This document shows, in pieces, positions 36,501-45,487 of a stretch of 50,255 nt of DNA. The notes beneath the pieces were generated by a model. That model saw only the letters and a program-made list of their open reading frames with translations, ran no database searches and was not told where the DNA came from. Every line of letters starts with the position of its first letter. Positions within the stretch are counted from its first letter, which is position 1. This stretch comes from a virus (taxonomy: Duplodnaviria > Caudoviricetes). The stretch is taken from positions 1 through 50,255 of IMG/VR virus record IMGVR_UViG_3300030059_003698, one strand, 5' to 3'. The position numbers and the translations under genes were made by a program.

Positions 36501-39500
36501 GCCGGTATGCAGTTGGGCAGCCAGTTAGCGCCTGATGCCAAGTACGGTGATGTGGCGGGCGGCTTAGGTGCCGTTGGTGGCTTTATGCTGGACGGCCCGC
36601 TTGGGTCGGCTATCGGCGGGGCTATTGGTGCCAGCATTTCCAAAGGCTTGTTTGGCGGCAACTGGGAAACCAAAGACGGCGGCCTGCAACTGGGTGTTTC
36701 CGCTGGCGACATTACCGGCAATCAGTACGAACGCCAGCGTAAGAGCGGCGGGCTGTTTAGTGGTTCTAGCTACCGCACCAAAACCAGTGACCTCGATAGC
36801 GAGTTTGAAGCGGCGCTGTCGCAAACCTACCAAGCTCAAGAGCTGGCACTGCGTGCGTCACTCGACACGCTTGGCCAGCAATCCAGCGCGCTTAACAGCT
36901 TTAGCGCTGGTTTAGAGCAAATCAGCACCAAGGGTAAGTCTGACGAAGAAGTAGAACAGGCCGTTCAAGACTGGCTCCAAGGGGTCGTCAATAAAGCGGC
37001 GCAAAGCGTGGTGGATCCTGCCGAGTACGCGCTGGCGGGCGAAACCACGGTGGAAACCCTGAACCGTTTGGCCACGGCGCTAACCGGCGTTAATCCCCTG
37101 CTAGATGTAATGCACGGCTTTATGTATGACGCTTCGCTCGCGGGCGGTGATATGGCTGCGCAACTAGCGTCTATGTCCGGCGGGATGGAGCAATTCACAC
37201 AGCGAGCCAACTACTACTGGGAGAATATCGCCACTGAGACCGAGCGCCACGATGCGGCCATGCGTCAAGCGGCTAACGCCATGGGCGCGTTTACCGCCCG
37301 CACCGGTGAGATCATCACGACGACCGACCAGCTACGCACGCTTGTCGATGGCATCGACCTCAGCAGCGAAGCGGGCCGCGAGCTATACGCAGCGGCCATG
37401 CAATTGGCCCCGGCGCTGGTGGAAGTTGAGAACGGCTTGGAGCGCGTAAAAGACCGCTTCGCGGATCTGCTCAGTGAGGCGGAAAGCGCCCTAGGCAGTG
37501 CCGAGCAACAAGCGCGCAGTGCATGGCAAGCGTTTAGCAATCAGTCGTTTGGGCAGCAAATAACGCTGCTGGAAAGTGTGGGTGACAGCCAAGCCGCCTT
37601 GGCGCTGCAGCGTGAGCGTGAACTGCAAGGCATCGATCCCCTGCTACATGAAACCCAGCGGTTTATCTGGGCGATGGAAGATGAAGCCGCCGCGAAGCAG
37701 AACGCCACCCAGGCCGCACAAAACTACCGCCGCGAGATTGAGCGCGTACGTAATGAGCTGAGCAACACGCTGGGCAATATCAGCGGCTGGATCGACCAGC
37801 GTAACGCCACATCGCAGACGCCAGGCCTAAACCTCGAAGCGGCTGGCGAGCAGTTCGCCCGCCAGTTAGTGCTAGCAGAATCCGGTGATCGGAACGCTCT
37901 GCAATCTATCACTCAGTACGCCGATTCTTACCTGGCTGCTGGTGAGGCGATGTTCGCTAGCGGTGGTGCGTTCCAATCGATTCAGAACGACGTTCTTAGC
38001 GCGCTTCAGGGTCTCCCCGATCAAATCAGCGCTGAGCAATTCCTCGCTGATGAGATAAAAATTGCACTACGCGAGCAGACGCAGGGTATCAGTACCCGTC
38101 TTGGCGATGTGCTGCGCGGCGACAACCCCAGCAGCATTGCGGGTAACCTGGCGGGCTATTTTGAAACGTTGGCGGGCGGCATTGACGGCGTACTAACGCC
38201 GGAACAGCTCGCTATCGTGATGAGCGGCAAAGCGACCGACGCCGAGCTGGCCGCGATTATGCGCGCCGTGGATCTAAACGGCGACGGCGTGATGAATGGT
38301 CTTGAAAGCGTCATTATCGCGGGCATGCCCACCGATTCGATTTTGGGCACCGTGCTACGCAACAAAATGAACGAGCTGGATAAAAATCAGCTCACTAGTG
38401 CCCAGGTGCGAAACGCGCTCTCCCCGATTGCCACCGATGCTGAGATCAGCCGACTAATCCGCGAGGTAGACGTCAACGGCGACGGCATTATCAGCAAGCA
38501 AGAGCTGACGAATGCCCGCGTCGGCGGTCTGGCTAGCGGTATCGCTAAGAGCCTAAACCCCGCGTTTAACAGACTGGATAGGAATCTCGATAATCTAATT
38601 GACTACGGCGAGTTCAGCAACGCGTTTGCCGGTATGGCTAGCGATGATGAACTGCGCCGCATTTTCAACAAATTGGATGCTGACGGCAGCGGCACTATTA
38701 GCCGCTTGGAAGCGCTCAACCAATCAAACGAGGGCACCGAAGACAACACCAAAACGCTGGAAGAGCGTGCGCGGGATCAGCTCAGCTCGCTGAACGGGCT
38801 AGTGGGTGAGATGGCGCGCACTACTGACCAGTTTGTGGGGCTGAATTCCACAATGGTCAGCTTGCAGGATTCGATCAATGCGCTAGGCGTTGCGCAGAAA
38901 GAGGTTGCGCGGATTGAGCGCGAGCGTGCAGCGGCGGAAAAAGCTGAGCGGGAGAGAATTGAGCGAGAGCGTGAGGAGGGTGTGCGGCTAGAAAATCTCT
39001 CGGCGCTGGGCGATAAAATCAATGCCGTATACGGGGATATGAGTTCCGCAGAATACGGCATCGCTAGAGCGGCAGGAGGTCTAAGCAGCGCGCAGGAAAC
39101 CAACATTCAGGATCGGCTGCTTGAGTTCACCGGAGAGGACGAGAGACTCAGTCACAGCGAGATGATGGGTTTCATCAATGGCGTTGTAGAGGCCGAAAAC
39201 TGGAGCGGTTCCAGGGAGGCGTACGGTAAACGCATTGCGCAGCAGCTCCGCAGGGCCTCCCGCATAGATGAATACGAGGAGCAGGCCGCGTCACTCCGGG
39301 GTGATGACTACAGCAATGGCATGAATGCAGAGTCCACGGCCAGAGATTTTGACGTGACCTCGGATATGTCACGCGCTGAAAGTTATCTCTACCGATACCC
39401 TGATGTTGCTCAAAACTGGAGCGGATCAGCAGAAGAGCATTATCGAAAAATAGGGCAATACGAGGGGCGCCATTTTGCAAACGGCGGCTATACCGGCCCC

Positions 39501-39881
39501 GGTGGCAAATACGAGTTAGCGGGACACGTCCACGCGGGTGAGGTTGTGTGGAGCCAAGACGACATCGCCCGTTTCGGTGGCGTAGGCGCTGTTGAGTCTC
39601 TGCGTACGGGCTCGCGACAGCTCCCCCTGCCTGATATGCCCCTGCCGCAGTTCCCTGCGCTGAGCAATAACGACGTGCTGCAAGTGTTGCAGGACGTTAA
39701 ACGCGAGCTGGTCGAATCCCGCAAGGAAAACAAGCGCTTGCAGGAAGAAAACAACCGGCACGCCGAGGCATCTGTTGCCGTCCAGCAGGCAGGCTTTAAC
39801 GGGCAAATCAGCGAGGCCAAGAAAAGCAACCAATCGCTTGACGATATGAGCGCAGCGGCGCGGCTGGAGGCGTCACGATGA
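33525..39881 (+). CDS. Tape measure protein (~2118 aa) with EF-hand loops
   Basis: Ala-rich helical protein after the chaperones; C-terminal FANGGYTGPGGKYE.AG.VHAGE. Confidence 0.93.
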   Translation: MAQQYKTGLIITGDASGGIRAIKATDDELGKLNKGFDKGSRQSKKFGNDAERAGRQLTEIDRGAGVATRGIETLRRAAAPIAGVIAGMFAANTIQNQIDWGDQLQKTNLRIGASTESLSQYNYVAKLSGVEFGQLTTAWQRQTRRIAEAAAGTGVASKALDQLGLSAKELNQLAPEEQFERIATAMQNVESSSERVALAQKLWDSEGVKLVQIVNQGTDAIASMRAEADALGLTITQDTANAMATYNDEVDKLKFAAQGLSQTLASELVPSMTAGMQATSAFIQDVGGAEAILNTAKDAALLLAAIMAGRYAAAFAIGTKRIAANIAATIAQTRADAAATTAARVKAAETLRVAQADQAAASRALANGHAIAAATGNTTLRTKAITQMAAANQRAIAAEAGHTAAIGANTAAMQRHTVSAYAMAAATRAGSAALALVGGPAGAAMIAGAAAYYFRDSLGFASAAARETREEIDQLVESMDNYTEAQYRNNRVSIVQDLAEARVEAEKLERQIAALQEQSQQESIIYQGRPGAASGQLSELMGELQEQRRIVAANERGLREYDQTWQDVLQSQVSGVSIFRTLDQWLDEIGRSADSAGNSVNSGAPSNETITAWEKYNEKLRDSLAASRDPSAVGAANRELDTMGVIDPVRRAITVGLALQEDQGKRQKELQREAADAAKQAASEAERAYQQQARAAEQSAKQQADALLSIQQEMDPLLVEHDKYIERIGVLDQALSDGTLAPEAYGDAFRWVAEQFTRARTGADDYEKQTESLINTYDSHNQKAHQLRDALEQINQRWRDDPANGDQYARMVAGVRDEMAELALESDPMAQEMARAWEEAANRIDETFADAFTGAFDSFDDFGDQLLDSFKRLLGELAYQATLKPIVVNFTGQMQGMLGMGGGGSIPGLGSGAGGFDVSSIGSLGKTVSGWFGGGAAAAGGATAGYTGALGAATSTGYGGALGSAVSGAANPGMFASMGGLSGIAGGLGAGYAGMQLGSQLAPDAKYGDVAGGLGAVGGFMLDGPLGSAIGGAIGASISKGLFGGNWETKDGGLQLGVSAGDITGNQYERQRKSGGLFSGSSYRTKTSDLDSEFEAALSQTYQAQELALRASLDTLGQQSSALNSFSAGLEQISTKGKSDEEVEQAVQDWLQGVVNKAAQSVVDPAEYALAGETTVETLNRLATALTGVNPLLDVMHGFMYDASLAGGDMAAQLASMSGGMEQFTQRANYYWENIATETERHDAAMRQAANAMGAFTARTGEIITTTDQLRTLVDGIDLSSEAGRELYAAAMQLAPALVEVENGLERVKDRFADLLSEAESALGSAEQQARSAWQAFSNQSFGQQITLLESVGDSQAALALQRERELQGIDPLLHETQRFIWAMEDEAAAKQNATQAAQNYRREIERVRNELSNTLGNISGWIDQRNATSQTPGLNLEAAGEQFARQLVLAESGDRNALQSITQYADSYLAAGEAMFASGGAFQSIQNDVLSALQGLPDQISAEQFLADEIKIALREQTQGISTRLGDVLRGDNPSSIAGNLAGYFETLAGGIDGVLTPEQLAIVMSGKATDAELAAIMRAVDLNGDGVMNGLESVIIAGMPTDSILGTVLRNKMNELDKNQLTSAQVRNALSPIATDAEISRLIREVDVNGDGIISKQELTNARVGGLASGIAKSLNPAFNRLDRNLDNLIDYGEFSNAFAGMASDDELRRIFNKLDADGSGTISRLEALNQSNEGTEDNTKTLEERARDQLSSLNGLVGEMARTTDQFVGLNSTMVSLQDSINALGVAQKEVARIERERAAAEKAERERIEREREEGVRLENLSALGDKINAVYGDMSSAEYGIARAAGGLSSAQETNIQDRLLEFTGEDERLSHSEMMGFINGVVEAENWSGSREAYGKRIAQQLRRASRIDEYEEQAASLRGDDYSNGMNAESTARDFDVTSDMSRAESYLYRYPDVAQNWSGSAEEHYRKIGQYEGRHFANGGYTGPGGKYELAGHVHAGEVVWSQDDIARFGGVGAVESLRTGSRQLPLPDMPLPQFPALSNNDVLQVLQDVKRELVESRKENKRLQEENNRHAEASVAVQQAGFNGQISEAKKSNQSLDDMSAAARLEASR

Positions 39882-41353
39882 GCTACTGGCTGTTAACAGT
39901 GGAAGCGCTGGATAGCACCGGCGCGGCTAAAGCGCTGCGCTTTAGTACGCCGGGGTATATGGACCCTAACCCGGTTGGGTGGCTGCCGCGCATCAAGCAG
40001 CCGGGGCTTTATCGGTCAGGGCTGTTTGCTGGCGAGCTGATCAATGGGGATCGCAGCGGTTACGGCGAAACCACATTGATCAATAACGATGGCGCGCTTG
40101 ATTGGCTGGTGGACTACGCCACGGATGGCCGTAGCGCGGTTCTTCAATACGCTGATGACGGCATATTAACCACGGTGCTGGAAGGCACGGTGGGCCGTGT
40201 GTCGTTTCGGGGCGGGCTGGTATCCATCAAACTGCGCGACCCGGTGGAAACGCTACAGCAGCCCCACCCGGTAACGCGCTATGCAGGCACTAACGTGCTA
40301 CCGGAAGGCCTTGAAGGTACCGACGATGACATAGGCGGCAACGTAAAACCCCGTGTATATGGGCAGGTACGCAACGCTCAGCCTGTGGCCGTCAATACCT
40401 CAAAGCTCATCTATCAGGTGAGTGACCAGGACTGCACCGTAACCGCCGTGTACGACAACGGCATAGCGCTCACATTTGACGGTGACTATGCCTCACTTGC
40501 AGAGCTACAGGGTACGGCGCCCCCGGCGGGCAACTGGAGTGAATGGGAGCCGCCACGCGGTAAATGGCGGCGCTATCTGGGGTATATCCGGTTGGGGGAT
40601 AGCCCCGCTGGGCAGCTAACGTGCGACGCCGACGCCCCGCTGGTCGATGCCGGTGATGTGGTAGAGCAGATAGCCAGCGAGGCAGGCGTAAGCGTAAGTG
40701 CTACCGGCGGGCTTAACCGCCGTGGCGCGGTGCGGTTATGGGTTACGGATGAAACCAACACCGCCGATTTGCTGGACCGCCTCATCGCCTCCTGCGCCGG
40801 GTTCTATCGCCTAACGAGCAAGCTGGCGCTGGTGGCGGGGCTGCTGATACCCCCTGACTCGCCTGCGCTAACCCTGCGTGACCACCACATCATCACGATC
40901 GACCGCGAAGCCGTCGGCGCGGGCCGTAACGGGCTGCCCGTTGGCCGCGTGACGTGGCAGGCCGACCGCATCGAAACCGTGCAAACGGATTTAGCGGGAG
41001 CCGTGGGCGAAAGCCGCCGCGCCCGGCTGGCCAGCCAGTACCGTGACGCGGCAGCGGTGTCCGATGCAACGCGTGAACGGCACCCGCTTTCGGATGCCGT
41101 CACGGTGGCCAGTGATCTAGCGAGCCGCAGCCATGCGGATACGACGGCGCAGGAGGTGCTGGCACTGCTGTCGCCGCGCCGGGATCGATTGAGTATCACG
41201 GCGCGCGTAGCGGACGCGGGCGGGCTGACCATTGGCCAGACCATCCGCGTTGTCACGCCCCGGCTGGGCTACAGCGCCGGGCGAAACCTGTTGATTGTGG
41301 GGCGTGAAGTGGACGCGTCAAAAAACCGTATATCACTCAGCCTATGGGGTTAA
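39878..41353 (+). CDS. Minor tail / tail-tip protein
   Basis: Follows TMP; GNVKPRVYGQVRNA.P..VYDNG motif. Confidence 0.75.
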   Translation: MSYWLLTVEALDSTGAAKALRFSTPGYMDPNPVGWLPRIKQPGLYRSGLFAGELINGDRSGYGETTLINNDGALDWLVDYATDGRSAVLQYADDGILTTVLEGTVGRVSFRGGLVSIKLRDPVETLQQPHPVTRYAGTNVLPEGLEGTDDDIGGNVKPRVYGQVRNAQPVAVNTSKLIYQVSDQDCTVTAVYDNGIALTFDGDYASLAELQGTAPPAGNWSEWEPPRGKWRRYLGYIRLGDSPAGQLTCDADAPLVDAGDVVEQIASEAGVSVSATGGLNRRGAVRLWVTDETNTADLLDRLIASCAGFYRLTSKLALVAGLLIPPDSPALTLRDHHIITIDREAVGAGRNGLPVGRVTWQADRIETVQTDLAGAVGESRRARLASQYRDAAAVSDATRERHPLSDAVTVASDLASRSHADTTAQEVLALLSPRRDRLSITARVADAGGLTIGQTIRVVTPRLGYSAGRNLLIVGREVDASKNRISLSLWG

Positions 41354-41356
41354 CGA

Positions 41357-42229
41357 ATGCTTGAAGATGGAAAAGTGATCCTGTGTTGGCCCAATCATGC
41401 CAACACGGCCACGATCAGCGGCGGCGCGTGGGAACCGGAGCTGCCCGCTCGTCAATTGTTGGACCCCACGTTTGCCGAACAGGCGCGCTCCATCGACGCA
41501 AACCCGGCGAATACCCAGACGCTGCTAACGCTGGCCCGGTTCCTGCCGGTGGGCGTGGTGGCCATCGCGGCCCACAACCTCACGGCAGTAGCTAACTGGC
41601 GCGTAACTGTCTACTTCGATGCGGCGGCGACAGACATGGCGTGGCAAAGCGATTGGCTACGCGTGTGGCCTGCTGTGTACGCCACCAGTGAACTGGAGTG
41701 GGAGTACGACAATTTTTGGGGCGGTGAATTTGACGATGATGACCGCGCCTCATTTACCCCACTCGCCACTCTGTTCTTGCCCAACGTTCAAATCGCCCGC
41801 GCTGTGCGCATCGAGATCGACGACAGCGGCAACCCAGCGGGCTTTATCAGCGCGGGGCGCGTGTTTGTCTCAAATGTGTGGCAACCCACCTACAACATGA
41901 GCTATGGCGTGCAGTGGGGCTATGACATCGACACCGAGTTTGAGACAGCGGGTGATGCCAACCGCACCGAGTACGCCGACCCGGCGACGCCCAAGCGCAC
42001 CGTCTCGTTTGCGTTAGAGCATTTGGATAGAGAAGAAGGCTTTCGCCGCGCCCTGGCGGCGCAACGACAAATCGGCTTGCACGGTGAAATCCTGTACGCC
42101 GAAGGCGGCCGGGCCACGCCTGAGAGCTTTGCCACCACGATATTAGCCCGACAGGTGCAGGTTAACCCGCTATCCCACCCTTACTTCGGCACTTACGCCA
42201 ATTCCATGGCCCTACGGGAGATTTTATAA
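41357..42229 (+). CDS. Minor tail protein
   Basis: RIEIDD..NPAGFISAGR..WQPTYNMSYG; tail module position. Confidence 0.75.
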   Translation: MLEDGKVILCWPNHANTATISGGAWEPELPARQLLDPTFAEQARSIDANPANTQTLLTLARFLPVGVVAIAAHNLTAVANWRVTVYFDAAATDMAWQSDWLRVWPAVYATSELEWEYDNFWGGEFDDDDRASFTPLATLFLPNVQIARAVRIEIDDSGNPAGFISAGRVFVSNVWQPTYNMSYGVQWGYDIDTEFETAGDANRTEYADPATPKRTVSFALEHLDREEGFRRALAAQRQIGLHGEILYAEGGRATPESFATTILARQVQVNPLSHPYFGTYANSMALREIL

Positions 42230-43735
42230 ATGGCTGATTCAGTCCGTTTTCCAGCGAACATTGGCGGCTCAGGCCGCACGTATACCAGCGATGCCAACCC
42301 TGACACCGGCGTGTTTAACGGTGGCCACCGCATTAATTTTTTCCCAATGCTATCGGATACGGTGGCGGCGGCGGGCTATGTGAGCCAGTACGCCCAAGCC
42401 ATTGATGGTGCTAAAGAGAATGCAGACCGTGCCGAGGATGCCAAGGGGTATGTGGAAGCGGTGGCCGATGCGTATGGGATAAAGATAGTTGAGGCGTACC
42501 GCGCCAGGGCTACTTTCGGCCTTGATTTTATTTTAAATCGCTACTGGATTGACGATGGAACCCGCGTTGAAACATCTGACCTGAGCGATATGTTTGCCGT
42601 TGCTCGCGCTGCATCGGTGCTCGTCGAAGGCCCAAACGGGTTGTTTCGAGACGTTCCCGCGAATACGATCGCGAGAGAATGGCGCAACGGCGTTGCTGTC
42701 GGCGCGCTAAACCAGCAATCAGGCACGAATCTTTTATTATTTAGCGCAGATTATACCCAGGGCGCTTTTTCGGAAGGGGTGTCGGTAGAGCCCAACAGCA
42801 GTGAGAGTCCGGACGGGACTCTAACCGCAGATAAAATTATTCCATCGGTTAGTGATGAGCGCTCATATATTAGCAAGAACAGTATCGATGTAATTGAAGG
42901 GGATGTTTATACCCAGACGTTTTTTGTTAAATATGCAGGTTTTGAATTTTTGCAAATCACGGGGTCGGTATCGTTCTCATCGGTGCGCGCCAACATATCG
43001 TTGATAACTGGCACCGTGACAGATTCCAATCTACCGTCTGACCAGAAAATATCGGTCAGGCAGCGTGGTAATGGTTTTTTTGAGATTGAGTTTACAACCA
43101 GAGCAACAGCAACAGGAGGGGGGCGGATACTGGCTGCAATTGTTCCCGGCCCCGTATCGGGACGGCTAGAGAATATCACCGGTGATGGAGTGTCCGGTGT
43201 TTATATGTGGGTATCTCAGCTAGAGAAGTCACGCTTTGGCTCATCTCCTATTATTACTCAAGACGCGCCTATAACAATGCCCAGTGATGCACTGTCTAGA
43301 ACGCTAGGCAGGGAGTATTCCCAACAGGGCGGCACGTTGATTGTCTTTTTAAAAAATATTCATATTAGCGATACAACGCAATGTATTGCGGTATTTGGGA
43401 ATAGCACCACTGACCGCATAGGGGTTTATATCAGTCCGGAGGGGGCGTTATTTACACGTATTAGAGAAAGTGATGACCCATACGACACACCAACATTTGT
43501 TGTGAGCGAGGGGGATTCGGCAAAAATTGCGTTATCGTTTAGTGATGGAGGTATTAGTCATTTTTCAGTCAACGGCGCATCAAAAAGTAATGTAGGCACT
43601 AAGTTGCCAGCGGTATCTACATTCAGTGCCGGGGCATCCTATGATGGTGGTCTGCCGTGTGCCGCTAATATTACGACGGTCATGTACGTCCCTATCCCGC
43701 TAACGCTATCAGAGATTGATGAGGTGACAGCATAA
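42230..43735 (+). CDS. Tail fibre / receptor-binding protein with beta-rich, lectin-like C-terminal region
   Basis: GC-rich anchor N-terminus, then AT-richer GTNLLLFS..SPDGT.TAD..QLE..SSPI.T region. Confidence 0.7.
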   Translation: MADSVRFPANIGGSGRTYTSDANPDTGVFNGGHRINFFPMLSDTVAAAGYVSQYAQAIDGAKENADRAEDAKGYVEAVADAYGIKIVEAYRARATFGLDFILNRYWIDDGTRVETSDLSDMFAVARAASVLVEGPNGLFRDVPANTIAREWRNGVAVGALNQQSGTNLLLFSADYTQGAFSEGVSVEPNSSESPDGTLTADKIIPSVSDERSYISKNSIDVIEGDVYTQTFFVKYAGFEFLQITGSVSFSSVRANISLITGTVTDSNLPSDQKISVRQRGNGFFEIEFTTRATATGGGRILAAIVPGPVSGRLENITGDGVSGVYMWVSQLEKSRFGSSPIITQDAPITMPSDALSRTLGREYSQQGGTLIVFLKNIHISDTTQCIAVFGNSTTDRIGVYISPEGALFTRIRESDDPYDTPTFVVSEGDSAKIALSFSDGGISHFSVNGASKSNVGTKLPAVSTFSAGASYDGGLPCAANITTVMYVPIPLTLSEIDEVTA

Positions 43736-44349
43736 TGATTGATGCAATCGTATATTTGTCTAGTGTCACGCAGCTTCCTGTTTCACTTACGTGCGAAGAC
43801 GGTAAGCCAGCGATTGGCGCCCCACAGGCAGGTAATTCTGCAGGCGAGCGCCTGCACTACGTTCGCATGACGTCAGAACAGCTAAACGAGTGGCGGCCGC
43901 ATGTCACCGTGCTAGCGGAAGCGCCCTACACCGGCACTGGCACCGCTGACCACATTTATCAGCAGATCCAAAACGATGCCGAGAAGCTCGCACTCTACGA
44001 ATCGGTTTACGACACAAGCCCGCGAATAGTCGACGATGGTGAAGGCGGCACGATGGAGTTCACGCCCCCGTTTAAGTTCGGCATGCTCGCAGAGTCAGCC
44101 CTGCGGGTACCCCGCGATATTACAGCTCGCCAGGCACGGTTAGTGCTGGTGAAGCACGGGTTATTCGAGCAGGTTGATGACGCGATTGCATCCATTGATG
44201 ACGATGAGCAGCGGCAAATTGCCGGGATCGAATGGGAGTACGCGACCCGTATAGAGCGTGAGGCGCCGTGGGTTAACGCGCTCTATGAGAATCTGGGGCT
44301 GACGAAAGAAGGCGTCGATCACCTGTTTATCGAAGCGTCCGAACTATGA
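43735..44349 (+). CDS. Tail fibre-associated / assembly protein
   Basis: C-terminal VP..ITARQARLVL..IEWEYA..R..P..LGLT..VD.LF.EA domain. Confidence 0.75.
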   Translation: MIDAIVYLSSVTQLPVSLTCEDGKPAIGAPQAGNSAGERLHYVRMTSEQLNEWRPHVTVLAEAPYTGTGTADHIYQQIQNDAEKLALYESVYDTSPRIVDDGEGGTMEFTPPFKFGMLAESALRVPRDITARQARLVLVKHGLFEQVDDAIASIDDDEQRQIAGIEWEYATRIEREAPWVNALYENLGLTKEGVDHLFIEASEL

Positions 44350-44939
44350 GCTATCAAACCCACGTAGGCCTACGCATAAGCACCCAGGCGGGTGCCGTGC
44401 CCACAGCGGAGCAGATTGGCGAGGGAGAGCTGGCGTTCAACCTCGCTGACCGCCGTATCTTCGCCCGCTTTGGTGACACGGTAGACGACATTACCGACCA
44501 CTACACCCGGGCCGAAGCTGACCAGGTGACGCAGGATCTAAGCGACCGCCTGGATGACCTGGCCATCGGTGATATTGACGGCCTTTTTACAGCGCTGGCC
44601 AGCAAGGTCAACAAAGAGGAAGGTAAGGGCCTATCGAGTAACGACTACACCGACAGTGCCCGCAACACGCTCGCCGCCACCGACCAGCTAGCCCGGGACT
44701 TGAGCACCCGGCTGGATGAGTTGGGCATCGGTGATATTGATGGCCTTTTTACCGCGCTGGCCAGCAAGGTCAACAAAGAGGAGGGCAAAGGCCTTTCAAG
44801 TAACGACTACACCGACAGCGACCAAGCCAAGGTGGCCGCCGTAGGCACCATGGCCAACCGCGCCGTTTATATCTCAAGCGAGCCACCCGACGACGCCGTA
44901 GGCAATGATGGCGATATATGGCTACAGCACTGGAGCTAA
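44346..44939 (+). CDS. Fibre-like protein with internal repeat
   Basis: GAVP..GEGELAFNLADRRIF N-terminus; KVNKEEGKGLSSNDYT twice; GNDGDIWLQ end. Confidence 0.75.
   Translation: MSYQTHVGLRISTQAGAVPTAEQIGEGELAFNLADRRIFARFGDTVDDITDHYTRAEADQVTQDLSDRLDDLAIGDIDGLFTALASKVNKEEGKGLSSNDYTDSARNTLAATDQLARDLSTRLDELGIGDIDGLFTALASKVNKEEGKGLSSNDYTDSDQAKVAAVGTMANRAVYISSEPPDDAVGNDGDIWLQHWS
44564..44818 (+). repeat. Intragenic direct repeat, 162-bp period
   Basis: 44564-44656 and 44726-44818 near-identical, differences synonymous. Confidence 0.9.
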
Positions 44940-44942
44940 CCC

Positions 44943-45137
44943 ATGCACCTACGCATTGACGAGCAATGGCACTATGCCGAAGAGTGCGTGCGCGTCGATG
45001 GCCGGTGGCGTGCCGCCTCCCGCTGGGAGCGTATCAACGGCGAATGGGTGTTAACCCGTGACGCCCGGACATGGGCACTGCAGGGACTTGAATGGGAGGA
45101 TGATCATTTTTGGGAGGGGATACCCGGGAGTCAGTAG
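44943..45137 (+). CDS. Small Trp-rich tail-associated protein
   Basis: GGAG RBS; RIDEQW / RVDGRW / RINGEW repeats. Confidence 0.65.
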   Translation: MHLRIDEQWHYAEECVRVDGRWRAASRWERINGEWVLTRDARTWALQGLEWEDDHFWEGIPGSQ

Positions 45138-45139
45138 CG

Positions 45140-45160
45140 ACCGCCTTGAGCGGTTTTTTT
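45140..45160 (+). terminator. Late operon terminator
   Basis: ACCGC-CTTGA-GCGGT plus T-run. Confidence 0.75.
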
Positions 45161-45253
45161 GTGCTCAGATTAAACTTAAGTATAAGTATAGGCCTATATG
45201 GTCTAGCCAAAAGTCGCATATTGCCTCAATGACAACTAGGGTGAGAAGTGTCA

Positions 45254-45358
45254 GTGGCAGGAAGGCCTCTGTGAGAAACGGAAGTCACGCTCAGGATGAG
45301 CGGCACAAGCCAGGAAGGCACAAGATAATGAAGCGCCCCATTGCTGGGGCGCTTTTTT
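45254..45358 (+). ncRNA. CsrB/RsmY/RsmZ-like CsrA(RsmA)-sequestering sRNA (5' end approximate)
   Basis: Four A(N)GGA motifs (CAGGAAG, ACGGAAG, CAGGATG, CAGGAAG), each in a short hairpin loop, then a strong terminator AAGCGCCCC-ATTGCT-GGGGCGCTT plus T-run. Confidence 0.7.
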
Positions 45359-45438
45359 GTTAGGCGAAATTTTAAAAAATGTCTAAATTAATATGGGGCC
45401 TGCTTTAGTAGTTGGTCCAATCTCTAGCCTAGCCCTTT

Positions 45439-45462
45439 GGCCATCTTTTGATGGCCTTTTTT
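45439..45462 (+). terminator. Rho-independent terminator
   Basis: GGCCATC-TTTT-GATGGCC plus T-run. Confidence 0.7.
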
Positions 45463-45469
45463 GTGAGTG

Positions 45470-45487
45470 TGTAAGATATTGCTTACA
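45470..45487. promoter_or_regulatory. GacA/UvrY-box-like palindrome
   Basis: TGTAAG-ATATTG-CTTACA matches TGTAAG-N6-CTTACA exactly. Confidence 0.6.

Noticed and set aside
44564-44818. Possible DGR template/variable repeat pair near the tail fibres
   Set aside because: Both copies are in frame within one gene, the differences are synonymous and not adenine-specific, and there is no reverse transcriptase in the window
45058-45363. 101-aa plus-strand ORF covering the sRNA candidate
   Set aside because: Starts inside the previous gene with no RBS and crosses two terminators; the RNA structure explains the region better
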